DNA from: an uncultured bacterium
GTDB taxonomy: Bacteria > Arandabacterota > Arandabacteria > JAGLYR01
DNA: 64,000 bases
Direction: 5' to 3'
Assembly (NCBI GenBank): GCA_964610505.1
Contig: CAZSXU010000024.1
Location: forward strand, 91 to 64,090
Positions 44,816 to 53,523 of this stretch are shown here, piece by piece. Every line of letters starts with the position of its first letter. The first letter of the stretch is position 1. The position numbers and the translations under genes are program-made. The notes below the pieces were generated by a model. It was not told where the DNA came from and did no database searches. It saw nothing but the letters and a program-made list of their open reading frames with translations.

Positions 44816-45064
44816 ACCGAATCCTCCCCCGGACGGTCCATGATCACGCGGTCTCAGTTTGGAGCGAGCGAGGGATCGATGCAAGGATTTTCGACGAGAG
44901 GACGCGCTCGGAATCAAAGGGAACGGAGAAGATCTCGCGCGGGAGGGAACGGAGCGAGGGGCGATCGGGACGGGACCGTTCGCGCGATCTCGATGGATCT
45001 GTGACGCCCGGATTCGCCGGATGGGGCTTGCTGCCCTCCGGTTATCGGGTGAGACCGCGTGGCA

Positions 45065-45850
45065 CTACTCCCGCCCTCTGCGGTCGAGGAACGTCTTCAC
45101 TCTGCCCCACGTCTCCTCGATCGTGGCCGAGGGGTAGCAGGGTGAATCCCAGGTGATATCGTGGGACGCTGCGTTCGTACAGGCGACGAATTCCGAACGG
45201 CACATCTTCGAGGCGTCGCCGGGAGCCGAATCCTTCCGCTCGCGGTCCAATGCGACCGTTGATACGGCATCGTGCCGGAAGGTGACTCCATAGAAGTCGA
45301 AGTGGATCGTGAGACCGCCGATCATCCGTAACGGGTGAACCTCGATCGGTATCTCCACGGTGTCCTTGCGAGCCACGCCGGTTCCTATGCGAACGAAGAC
45401 CACGCCTTCCGCCCCGTTGTAGAGTGCGGATTCGCCGTCGCCCGGTCGATTGCCCGCAGGGCCGAACGGCTCGCCGTTATTGTCGTAGAAATCTTCGCGT
45501 GTGACGACCCAATTCCCGACGTCGATGGAAGAGAAATCCCCGTCCTTGTAGGCCAACAGGAAAACCAGGTCGTCCAGCGGATGCTGGCCGTTGTTGTAGA
45601 TGGCAATCGGAAAATCATATCGATCGATGATCACATCGGATTCGCAGAACCACTCGTCTTCACAGTCGTACCAGTAGTCGGGGCCTTCGTCGAAGACCCC
45701 GTCCGTAGCGGCCTTCAACTTCACGGGGATGGCACCCGACCAGTCCATCGCGCGGACTTCCTCCAAGGTTAGAACCTGAGCGTCGGCCGTTGCGGCGAGC
45801 AGGGCAAGGAGTGCCACGGTCGATGTGACGTTTCTCGCTATGGATTTCAT
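45065..45850 (-). CDS. Secreted hypothetical protein, paralogue A of a tandem pair
   Basis: Signal MKSIARNVTSTVALLALLAATADA. It shares blocks with the 46069..46791 product (EEVRAMDWSG/DDVRALSWPV; ...PFGPAGNRPGDGESALYNGAEGVVFVRI / PFGPTGNRPGAGESALYNTADGIVFLRI). Confidence 0.65.
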   Translation of the reverse strand: MKSIARNVTSTVALLALLAATADAQVLTLEEVRAMDWSGAIPVKLKAATDGVFDEGPDYWYDCEDEWFCESDVIIDRYDFPIAIYNNGQHPLDDLVFLLAYKDGDFSSIDVGNWVVTREDFYDNNGEPFGPAGNRPGDGESALYNGAEGVVFVRIGTGVARKDTVEIPIEVHPLRMIGGLTIHFDFYGVTFRHDAVSTVALDRERKDSAPGDASKMCRSEFVACTNAASHDITWDSPCYPSATIEETWGRVKTFLDRRGRE

Positions 45851-45920
45851 GTGAGCAACCTCCGGGAATGGCCGCCGAGCCCTCGGTACTCGCTGGCGGG
45901 GTCCTATTCGGCCGGTCTAC

Positions 45921-46074
45921 GGCGATGTCGGTTCCATGATCAGCTTCTGCCAATCTAAGGCGATGTCGGTTTCCGGATCAGTTTCGGCCAATCTAAGGCG
46001 ATGTCGGTTTCCGGATCAGTTTCGGCCCGTCTAGGACCATGTCGGTCTCTGAATCAGCCTCAACCAGTCTATGG
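45921..46074. repeat. Tandem repeat, ~38 bp x 4 (GGCGATGTCGGTTTCCGGATCAGTTTCGGCCAATCTAA consensus, last unit degenerate) between the two paralogous genes
   Basis: Read directly. The units are contiguous with no spacers. The last unit overlaps the stop of the 46069..46791 gene. Confidence 0.7.
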
Positions 46075-46791
46075 TGAAAAGAGGCCCCTGGCCTCTCCGC
46101 GAACTTCCGTCGGTGTTGCCGTCGCGCTCGGAACCGGCCTGCACGTCACATCGCTCGTGGACGGGCAGGAACAGAACACCCTGGACCGCCGGAGGCCGTA
46201 GACGTCGAAGTGCATCACGAAATCGACGCCCTTCGGCAGGACCTCCACCGGAATCTCGGCGGTGCTCTGTGGAAGAACGGCCCGCGGGATCCGCAGAAAC
46301 ACAATGCCGTCCGCCGTGTTGTAGAGAGCCGACTCTCCGGCGCCGGGGCGATTCCCGGTCGGGCCGAAGGGAGTGCCCTTGAAGGGTTTGAAATCGTCCG
46401 GGCCCAAGGCATACCCGTCGACGGTCATGGCGGAGAAGGTTCCTCCCTTGTGCGCGATCAGAAAAAGAACACTGTCCACCAAGTAGATGTTGGTGTTCCG
46501 GATCGAAATCGTGAAGCCGCGGCTGTGCTCGACGACGTCCGACTCGTTCAACCATGGGTCGTCGTCGCCATAGACATAGTCCCGACCACCGTCGAACACT
46601 CGGTCCGACGCCGCCAGGAGAGTCATGGGAAGCGCCACCGGCCAGCTCAGCGCCCGGACATCGTCTTCGGACAGGATCTCGCCGTGGGCATCAGACTGCG
46701 CCGGCATGACGAGGAAAACCGTCACGAGCAACAGAAAGGTCTCGGCGTGCTTCAAGGAATCACCTCTTCGAATCACGACCGGCGTGATCAT
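46069..46791 (-). CDS. Secreted hypothetical protein, paralogue B of a tandem pair
   Basis: MITPVVIRRGDSLKHAETFLLLVTVFLVMPAQSDA signal. It is homologous to the 45065..45850 product. The start is uncertain (the track ORF extends to 46839). Confidence 0.6.
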   Translation of the reverse strand: MITPVVIRRGDSLKHAETFLLLVTVFLVMPAQSDAHGEILSEDDVRALSWPVALPMTLLAASDRVFDGGRDYVYGDDDPWLNESDVVEHSRGFTISIRNTNIYLVDSVLFLIAHKGGTFSAMTVDGYALGPDDFKPFKGTPFGPTGNRPGAGESALYNTADGIVFLRIPRAVLPQSTAEIPVEVLPKGVDFVMHFDVYGLRRSRVFCSCPSTSDVTCRPVPSATATPTEVRGEARGLFSP

Positions 46792-47129
46792 TCGGACTTC
46801 CGAGGTCGGGTTCCAAGGAGCGTCCTTCTTCTCATCCATCGACCTGCGGGAAAGACTGCTTTAGGATTGGCTTTCCCGGATATGGAGGTCCTGCCGGCGG
46901 ATGGATCCCGGGGAGGGGCGTGGGTGGTGAAGCGCGCGCAACTTTGGGCGGGTTTGGGCCGGATTGGCATCCGATCGGGGGAGCAGACGGGAAGGAATCT
47001 CGGTCTCGGGAGAATTGAGGCGGCGAGCCGGCGGTGTTAGCATTCGTCGCGCCGGGGGGCTGCGGGAGAACGGTCGATGCCGGGGTCAACGCATGGAGTG
47101 CGGGGCGAATGCGAACAATCGCCACGACA

Positions 47130-47474
47130 TCATTTCGCCGTCTTCGGCACCATACACAAGAACCGCAGCGGGCCGTCGCCCACGTTCCTGAACTGGTGTT
47201 CCTCGCCCGCCGGCATGAGAACCGCCGATCCCGAACGGAGGTTCTTCTCCCCACCCGTCCCGTAGACCGTGCCCCGGCCTTCCAGGACAAACACCTCGTG
47301 CTCGTAGTCGTGAGAGTGCCGGGGGCTGCACCCTCCCCTCTCGACCTCGAACAGTCGCATGTAGAAATTCGGGGGATCGTCCTCCTCGCCGACGAGCCAC
47401 TGGATCGTGACATTCTCGGCTCCCGGGATATCCATCTTCTCTTTGACGATCTCGGATTCGTGAACCACCTTCAT
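47130..47474 (-). CDS. Cupin-domain protein
   Basis: GGCSPRHSHDYEHEVFVLEGRGTV...AVLMPAGEEHQFRNVGDGPLRFLC matches cupin motifs 1 and 2 (G(X)5HXH(X)3-4E(X)6G ... G(X)5PXG(X)2H(X)3N). Confidence 0.8.
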   Translation of the reverse strand: MKVVHESEIVKEKMDIPGAENVTIQWLVGEEDDPPNFYMRLFEVERGGCSPRHSHDYEHEVFVLEGRGTVYGTGGEKNLRSGSAVLMPAGEEHQFRNVGDGPLRFLCMVPKTAK

Positions 47475-47569
47475 GCCGTCCTCCTTCTGTGATTGCCGTT
47501 ATGATAGGAGTCATCGGTCGAGGTGTCAACCGGGCCCGCGCCCGACCCGGCGATGGTGTGTTCCGGCTC

Positions 47570-47933
47570 TCGGTCGCGTGGGCCTTGCGCTTCGGGAAAG
47601 GTTCGGCGTCGTCCGGGCCAAGGCGGAAGGGGGGATTGCATTTGTGGAGGAGGGTGGCGACCCCCTGCGTTGAAACACACTCGCCGTGGCCCTTCCTCCG
47701 GCGAACCCTCCCCGTCGCCGGCCCGCGGTATGGGGGGGCGGCTTTCGCATTTCGGTCGCGTGGGCCTTATGCCGCGGAGAAGGCTCGGCGTCACTCCTCC
47801 ACCGCGTGAATGGGGGATTCGGATCGGCGGAGAGGGTGGCCACCCGCGGCGTTGAAAGACCCCACGCGCTGTCGTCGTTCCGCGAACCTTCCCCGCGCCC
47901 GGCCGCCGTACGGGGTCTCGCCTCTCAACTTTC
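47570..47933. repeat. Tandemly duplicated ~182-bp element (2 copies, ~70% identity; each starts TCGGTCGCGTGGGCCTT and contains GGGGGATT...GGAGGGTGGC.ACCC..GCGTTGAAA), then a cluster of AATCTGTGG-type motifs at 47989-48103
   Basis: Read directly in the 660-bp non-coding gap between the cupin and DUF401 genes. Unit A can fold into a long imperfect stem (GGAGGAGGGUGGCGA...UCGCCGUGGCCCUUCCUCC). Confidence 0.55.
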
Positions 47934-48133
47934 AACTCTCGACTCTCTGCCTTACGGTCCCATCTTCGTCACCTTGCAGGGAAGGTCGCTCTGTGGAATC
48001 TGTGCAATCTGTGGTTTCGGGGTTCGAGTTTCTGTATCTGCGCAATCTGCGTAATCTGCGGACAAAGGTTGTGGGTTTCGAATCCGTGAAATCTGTGGCT
48101 GGGATTACGGTTGACTCGCCGTCCTGCTCTCGA

Positions 48134-49354
48134 TCAGAGATACACGTGCACCGCCAAGAGAGCGAGGGCGCCCAGCTCCACCATGATCGCGGCCGGGATG
48201 AGGAGCCGGTAGACGGACGGGTAGTGGGCGGCGAAGTAGTTCTTGGTCAGGAGCAGGCAGAGATGCACGGGGGAGAGGAGGACGCCCACGAATCCGCTCA
48301 CATAGGCCAACATCACGAGTGAGAGGTTCGGATTCGAACCGCCCATGAGAGGAACCAGCATCGGGAAGGCCACTCCCACGTAAGCCTGATTGACACCGGT
48401 CAGAATCCCGACGGCAAAGGGGGCCAGCACCAGGAGCAGTGCGGGAGGGACGCCGAGGTTCTCGAAAGCACCGGGAATTCCCTCCACGGCCGCGGACGCT
48501 TCGAGAACCTCCTTGAAGATCATGACCGAAATCAGAACCAGCGCGGTCCGCCACGAGAGGCTTCTCCAGAGGAGCGTTCGGAACCGGACCCATTTCATCC
48601 GGCATATCAGCACGACGGCCAGAACGGTTGCCGCGAGGGCCGCAACCATGGGGATGTGAAGCGCGAGAACAAGGACGAGCACCAGCCCGATCGGCCACGT
48701 GCTGACCGCCAGGAATCGGAGCCCGGTGATCACGTCTCTCTCCACACGGGTTCCGGGCGGTTGCTTCGGCAGGCGGAGAATCCCGAACAGCACACCCGCC
48801 GCGATGGCGACAAGCGTGAGCGGATACTGCGCCGCCATCATACTCGTGATGGGTATTTCCAGAATCGTGGCCCCGATGATGAGCCCGGGATACAACGGCC
48901 AGAAATACTCCCAAAGGTGCCGGAACCAGTAGTTGATGAAGGTCTTCATCTCCGCTGTCAGATTCAGGGCCCGGCCGCCCTCCTCCACCATCGGCGCCGA
49001 AAGCATGGCCCCTCCGGGCATGGGCAGGAGGCCGATGAACGCGGGCGGAAGGACGAGGCTGATTCGCCGGTGGGGGATCAAATGCTCCAGGGACGTCGCT
49101 ATGTTTCGAAGGTTTCCCGTCTCTCCCAGAACGCTGCCCAGCAGGAGAATCAGCTCGATGATGGCGACCAGCTCGATGGTGGGAACCTGGAAAGTCCCGA
49201 GACCGAAGGAGCGCAGAACGTCGGGAAACGGCATTCCGAAGAGCACGCCCAGCAGGAGCGACGCGATGAGAATGCAGACACCGAGGTTCGCCCGTTTCAT
49301 CACGAGGAGGACGAACACGGCGATGACGATGAACAGCTTCAGCAGGATGATCAT
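48134..49354 (-). CDS. DUF401-family polytopic membrane protein (~12 TM)
   Basis: MIILLKLFIVIAVFVLLVMKRANLGVCILIASLLLGVLFG... hydrophobic throughout. ATG 49354 overlaps the MarR stop (ATGA), so the two are co-transcribed. The track ORF's 94-aa N-terminal extension overlaps marR and is rejected. Confidence 0.75.
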   Translation of the reverse strand: MIILLKLFIVIAVFVLLVMKRANLGVCILIASLLLGVLFGMPFPDVLRSFGLGTFQVPTIELVAIIELILLLGSVLGETGNLRNIATSLEHLIPHRRISLVLPPAFIGLLPMPGGAMLSAPMVEEGGRALNLTAEMKTFINYWFRHLWEYFWPLYPGLIIGATILEIPITSMMAAQYPLTLVAIAAGVLFGILRLPKQPPGTRVERDVITGLRFLAVSTWPIGLVLVLVLALHIPMVAALAATVLAVVLICRMKWVRFRTLLWRSLSWRTALVLISVMIFKEVLEASAAVEGIPGAFENLGVPPALLLVLAPFAVGILTGVNQAYVGVAFPMLVPLMGGSNPNLSLVMLAYVSGFVGVLLSPVHLCLLLTKNYFAAHYPSVYRLLIPAAIMVELGALALLAVHVYL

Positions 49355-49803
49355 TCCCGAGTCCCCTCCGGCTCGCGCATCAGGCCTTCCAGCAGAGCGG
49401 ACAACGCACTGGCAAGGGTCTTTCGCTGGTATGGTGTCAGCTCGGCGGCCGCGCGGGTCAGATCTCCCTCCGACCCCGATCGGATTTTCCGAACCAGAAC
49501 CCGCCCTCGCTCGGTGAGCCGGATCGGACACACCCGCCGGTCGTTGGGATAACGAGACCGGACCAGGAGGCCGGCCTTTTCGAGATGATCCAGGGATGAC
49601 GACACCGTGCTCTTCGGCATTCGGAGATCCATGCAAAGTTCCGAGAGCCGGGTCTCACCCCCGGACGCAATCGACGACAGCACCCTCGCCTGCGAGAGAC
49701 TCAGACCCGCCCTGGCGAGAGTCGTCTTTTCACAGGTCCGCATTCGAGTGAAGATCTCACCCAGCACTTGTGTGAGTCTGAGAACCGATGGGGGCGGCTG
49801 CAT
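49351..49803 (-). CDS. MarR-family transcriptional regulator
   Basis: A winged helix-turn-helix (LSLSQARVLSSIASGGETRLSELCMDLRMPKSTVSSSLDHLEKAGLLVRSRYPNDRRVCPIRLTERG) is typical of MarR. It is transcribed divergently from the OFOR-Hdr operon. Confidence 0.85.
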   Translation of the reverse strand: MQPPPSVLRLTQVLGEIFTRMRTCEKTTLARAGLSLSQARVLSSIASGGETRLSELCMDLRMPKSTVSSSLDHLEKAGLLVRSRYPNDRRVCPIRLTERGRVLVRKIRSGSEGDLTRAAAELTPYQRKTLASALSALLEGLMREPEGTRE

Positions 49804-50038
49804 GGGAATCCCCGTGAAAGTTCATGAACGGAACAGTTCGTTAACTGAACCATTCTGGCCCCAAGCGTCTAGGATGTCAAGCGTTAGTCTCGCACGGCAA
49901 TGGCGAATGTTCATTCTCACATCGATATTTTCCGTTGACAAACCGTTTCAAAGACGGCTAGAATTGGCGGCTAAGGTTGTGCGCCATGTCCACTGTGGCC
50001 CACGGTTCCTAAAGACACAACGCCAAAGGATTGGATGC

Positions 50039-50599
50039 ATGAGTTTTCGTTACGAGGTACGCTTGAGCGGCGCCGGAGGTCAGGGACTCTTGTTGATCGG
50101 AAAAGTCCTGGCCGAAGCCGCGGCCGTTTACGATGGGAAAAACGCGACGCAGTCACAGTCGTACGGCCCCGAAGCCCGTGGGGGCGCCAGCAAGAGCGAA
50201 GTCATCATCAGCGACGAAGAGATCGACTACCCCAAGGCGACGGAGATCGATTTCCTTCTGGCCCTGACTCAGGAATCCTGCGACAAGTACTCGGGTGACC
50301 TCAAGCCCGGCGGTATCTTGTTGGTGGACACAACGTTCGTCAGCCGGGTTCCGGAAGGCCAGTTCAAGATCTACCAAGCCCCCATCACTCAGAAAGCCAA
50401 GGACGTTCTCGGGAGCGCGACGGTGGCCAATGTGGTCGCTCTCGGAATGATTTCGGCATTGACCTCGGTCGTCACTTCGGAATCCATCGAATCCGCCATC
50501 CTGGCAAGGGTTCCAAAGGGGACCGAGGATCTGAACACGAAGGCGTTTCAGCTGGGAAGGACGCTCGTCGAGGAAGCCAGCGCGGGTCAAGCGTCATGA
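50039..50599 (+). CDS. 2-oxoacid:ferredoxin oxidoreductase gamma subunit (copy 1)
   Basis: MSFRYEVRLSGAGGQGLLLIGKVLAEAAAVYDGKNATQSQSYGPEARGGASKSEVIISDEEIDYP... is the canonical POR/KOR gamma fold. The track ORF 49607..50599 carries an unsupported N-terminal extension. Confidence 0.9.
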   Translation: MSFRYEVRLSGAGGQGLLLIGKVLAEAAAVYDGKNATQSQSYGPEARGGASKSEVIISDEEIDYPKATEIDFLLALTQESCDKYSGDLKPGGILLVDTTFVSRVPEGQFKIYQAPITQKAKDVLGSATVANVVALGMISALTSVVTSESIESAILARVPKGTEDLNTKAFQLGRTLVEEASAGQAS

Positions 50600-50654
50600 G
50601 GGTTTGCAGGCGGTAGCTTGGGCCGGCGCACGTGTCGAAGATGGAGGCTCAAGA

Positions 50655-50948
50655 ATGAAGTTCTGGAGAACCCCCCTAGATCAAGATCGCCTCAAGGTTC
50701 CCCACGGGGAAGTCCACATCATCAAGGACCGCTGCAAAGGATGTGGGTTCTGTGTAGAGTATTGCCCCCGGGGGGCTCTTGAAATGTCGGACGAGTTCAA
50801 CGTCAAAGGCTACCACCCCCCCCGAGTCACCGAAGAATCTCTCTGCGTGAATTGCAACCTCTGCGAAATGCTCTGTCCCGAATTCGCGATTTTCTGTGTG
50901 CTCAAGGATGAACCGGAATCCGGGGAGGTGAAGCAAGTTGAAGGCTGA
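50655..50948 (+). CDS. 2-oxoacid:ferredoxin oxidoreductase delta subunit (2x[4Fe-4S] ferredoxin)
   Basis: CKGCGFCVEYCP and CVNCNLCEMLCP motifs. ATG 50655 is preceded by GGAGG. Confidence 0.9.
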   Translation: MKFWRTPLDQDRLKVPHGEVHIIKDRCKGCGFCVEYCPRGALEMSDEFNVKGYHPPRVTEESLCVNCNLCEMLCPEFAIFCVLKDEPESGEVKQVEG

Positions 50949-52095
50949 TCCGAAGGGCGTCCTCACGGGCGCACACTACATCGACGGCAACTATGCGATT
51001 GCAGAAGGAGCGCTCGCGGCCGGGTGCCGTTTCTTTGGCGGATATCCCATTACCCCTTCCACCGAGATTGCGGAGCGGTTCGTTCAGCGAGCTCCTTTGG
51101 TGGGTGGCGTCTTCATACAGATGGAAGATGAGATGGCGTCCATGAATGCGGTTCTGGGCGCGTCGTGGGGCGGTGTGAAGTCCATGACCTGCACCTCGGG
51201 ACCGGGGTTCTCCCTCATGATGGAGAATTTCGGATTGGGTCTGATGCTGGAGACTCCCTGCGTTCTGGTGAACGTTCAGCGGGGCGGACCATCGACCGGT
51301 CTTCCCACCCTCCCCGGCCAGGGCGACATGATGCAGGCGCGGTGGGGGTCCCACGGAGACTATGAGGTCATCGCCCTGGCGCCCGATTCGCCGCAGGAAG
51401 GGTTCGAACTGGCCATCGACGCCTTCAATCTCTCCGAGACGTACCGGATGCCCGTTCTGATGATGACCGATGAGTGCGTGGGACACATGACGGAGAAGGT
51501 CGTGATCCCTCCCGCGGAGGAAATCGACGTCGAGCCGCGGCGGTACACCAAGAAGCCGCCCGCGGAGTTTCTGCCCTATGCCGTGGGCGACGATCTGGTG
51601 CCGGACGCTCCCCCGCCCGGGAAGGGTTACCGATTCCACGTGACGGGCCTCACGCACGACGAGCGCGGCTATCCGGTGATCAATGCCGAAGCTCAAGACA
51701 AGCTGGTCCGGCGACTGGTGGACAAGGTTAAGAAGAACGCTAAGGATATTATCCGTTTCGAGGAGATGGATACCGACGGAGCGGACGTCGTGGTGGTGTC
51801 CTACGGGATCACGTCCCGCGTGGTGCAACCGGCCATCGAAAAAGCGAAGAAGAAGGGAATCAAAGTCGGCCAGATCCGCCTGATCGTGGTCTGGCCCTTC
51901 CCGGAAGAGAAGATTCGGGAGCTGGCCGGCAGGGTCAAGACCCTCGTCGTTCCCGAGCTCAACCTGGGACAGGTTGTCCTCGAGGTGGAGCGGTTGAGCG
52001 CCGGCAAGTGTGGAGTGACCCCCGTGACCCACGCCGGCGGGGGCGTGCACGATCCGGAGGCCATCTTCCAGGCGATCAAGGAGGGCGTCAAATGA
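50938..52095 (+). CDS. 2-oxoacid:ferredoxin oxidoreductase alpha subunit
   Basis: The N-terminal alpha-subunit domain is …GNYAIAEGALAAGCRFFGGYPITPSTEIAERF...MEDEMASMNAVLGASWGGVKSMTCTSGPGFSLMMENFGL...NVQRGGPSTGLPT. The start is TTG with a GGGGAGGTG SD, overlapping the delta stop. Confidence 0.9.
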   Translation: MKADPKGVLTGAHYIDGNYAIAEGALAAGCRFFGGYPITPSTEIAERFVQRAPLVGGVFIQMEDEMASMNAVLGASWGGVKSMTCTSGPGFSLMMENFGLGLMLETPCVLVNVQRGGPSTGLPTLPGQGDMMQARWGSHGDYEVIALAPDSPQEGFELAIDAFNLSETYRMPVLMMTDECVGHMTEKVVIPPAEEIDVEPRRYTKKPPAEFLPYAVGDDLVPDAPPPGKGYRFHVTGLTHDERGYPVINAEAQDKLVRRLVDKVKKNAKDIIRFEEMDTDGADVVVVSYGITSRVVQPAIEKAKKKGIKVGQIRLIVVWPFPEEKIRELAGRVKTLVVPELNLGQVVLEVERLSAGKCGVTPVTHAGGGVHDPEAIFQAIKEGVK

Positions 52096-52961
52096 AAGTG
52101 GATGCGCCGGTGAGAGAACACCCGATGGAAGGCCTTCTCAGGATGGACCGGATTCCGCACATCTGGTGCCCGACCTGTGGAATCGGAACGGCGCTGACCG
52201 CGTTTGCGAGCGCTCTGGAGGAACAGGAGGTCTCCCCGGATTCGGTCTCCATCGTTTCGGGCATCGGTTGTACGGGGCGGGTGGCAGGCTACACCAAGCT
52301 CGATTCCTATCACACGACACACGGTCGGGGGATTCCGTTTGCCGTGGGACTCCATCTGGCCAACCCATCTCTGAAGGTCGTGGTTTTCAGCGGCGACGGA
52401 GACCTGGTAGGGATCGGCGGGAATCACTTCATTCACGCCGCCCGGCGGAACGTGGATATCACCGTGGTCTGCGTCAACAACTTCCTCTACGCCATGACGG
52501 GAGGGCAGGTGGCCGCGACGAGTCCCGTCACGGCAAATACATCCACCTCTCCCTACGGCAATTTCGAGCAGCCTTTCAGCCTGCCCCTCTTGGCGCAATC
52601 TTGCGGCGCCGTGTACGTGGCCCGGTGGACGGCTCTTCACATCCGGCGGATGACCAAGGCGTTTGGTGAGGCGCTCCAGAAGAAGGGGTTTTCCTTTGTG
52701 GAGGTCATCGCTCCCTGCTCGACGCTCTACGCCAGACGCAACAAGCTGGGCACGGGGCTCGACCTGATGAAATTCTATCACGACAACAGCGAAATCCGGC
52801 ACGGGGCCGATCCCAACGACCTGGACATCGGGTTTCAGCAGAAAATCGTCTGCGGCAAATTCGTGGATATTGAGAAGCCGACTTTCCTCGACGCGATGAA
52901 CGACGGATACCGCCGCGCATTCGGGGACAGGTACGAAGAATACGGAGGAGCCCATGCCTAA
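52092..52961 (+). CDS. 2-oxoacid:ferredoxin oxidoreductase beta subunit (TPP-binding)
   Basis: WCPTCGIGTALTAFA...GIGCTGRVAGY...VVFSGDGDLVGIGGNHFIHAARRNVDITVVCVNNFLYAMTGGQ is the TPP/GDG motif. ATG 52092 overlaps the alpha stop (ATGA) and has an AGGAGG SD. Confidence 0.9.
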   Translation: MKVDAPVREHPMEGLLRMDRIPHIWCPTCGIGTALTAFASALEEQEVSPDSVSIVSGIGCTGRVAGYTKLDSYHTTHGRGIPFAVGLHLANPSLKVVVFSGDGDLVGIGGNHFIHAARRNVDITVVCVNNFLYAMTGGQVAATSPVTANTSTSPYGNFEQPFSLPLLAQSCGAVYVARWTALHIRRMTKAFGEALQKKGFSFVEVIAPCSTLYARRNKLGTGLDLMKFYHDNSEIRHGADPNDLDIGFQQKIVCGKFVDIEKPTFLDAMNDGYRRAFGDRYEEYGGAHA

Positions 52962-53523
52962 GACAACCGAGATTCGGGTGAGCGGTTTCGGCGGGCAAGG
53001 CGTCATCATGCTGGGCCACATCATCGGGAAGGGAGCCTCGATTTTCGATGGGCGGTTTGCGACGATGACTCAGAGCTTCGGCCCGGAAGCACGCGGGTCG
53101 GCCTGCAGTTCCCAGGTCATCGTTTCGGACGATCGAATCCTGTACCCGTATTTGAGGACGGCGGACGTCTTGATCGCCATGTCGCAGGAGGCGTACGACA
53201 AGTTCCTGCCCGGGCTGGGCGCCAAAGGGACGCTTCTCGTCGATGAGGATCTGGTGAAGATGGGAAAGACCCCGGACGGGATCAAGGTGCACAGGGTCCC
53301 GGCCACCCGATTCGCCGAGGAACTCGGCCGGAGAATTGTCCTCAACATCGTGATGACGGGCTTCTTCACCGCTATTACCGGCGTGGTGAAGCCGGAGTCG
53401 ATGCGGGAAGCCGTGAAGACGTCGGTGCCCAAAGGCACCGAGAACCTGAACCTCCAGGCGTTCGACAAGGGGTTTGAGTACGGGCGCGAGCAGGTAGAGG
53501 GACATGCTGCAAGCAAGCGATGA
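52954..53523 (+). CDS. 2-oxoacid:ferredoxin oxidoreductase gamma subunit (copy 2, paralogue)
   Basis: [65 protein letters not shown]... is ~35% identical to copy 1. It overlaps the beta stop and the hdrA start. Confidence 0.85.
   Translation: MPKTTEIRVSGFGGQGVIMLGHIIGKGASIFDGRFATMTQSFGPEARGSACSSQVIVSDDRILYPYLRTADVLIAMSQEAYDKFLPGLGAKGTLLVDEDLVKMGKTPDGIKVHRVPATRFAEELGRRIVLNIVMTGFFTAITGVVKPESMREAVKTSVPKGTENLNLQAFDKGFEYGREQVEGHAASKR

Noticed and set aside
45921-46074. 38-bp tandem array as a CRISPR array
   Set aside because: The units are contiguous with no unique spacers, and there are no cas genes nearby.
46210-47040. 276-aa plus ORF
   Set aside because: It is antisense to paralogue B and runs into intergenic DNA. 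It has no motifs.
47570-47933. 182-bp tandem units as rRNA/tRNA or CRISPR
   Set aside because: No tRNA cloverleaf or rRNA signature is visible. The unit is too long and spacer-less for CRISPR. It is kept as an unknown repeat or possible ncRNA.
47471-48054. ORFs 47471..47935 (-) and 47489..48054 (+) inside the 182-bp tandem element
   Set aside because: Their translations are Arg/Pro/Gly low-complexity that mirror the repeat structure, so this is treated as non-coding repeat DNA.
49607-50038. N-terminal 144-aa extension of the OFOR gamma-1 ORF in the track
   Set aside because: The extension overlaps the marR divergent promoter region and has no homology. The canonical gamma N-terminus MSFRYEVRLSGAGGQG begins at ATG 50039.
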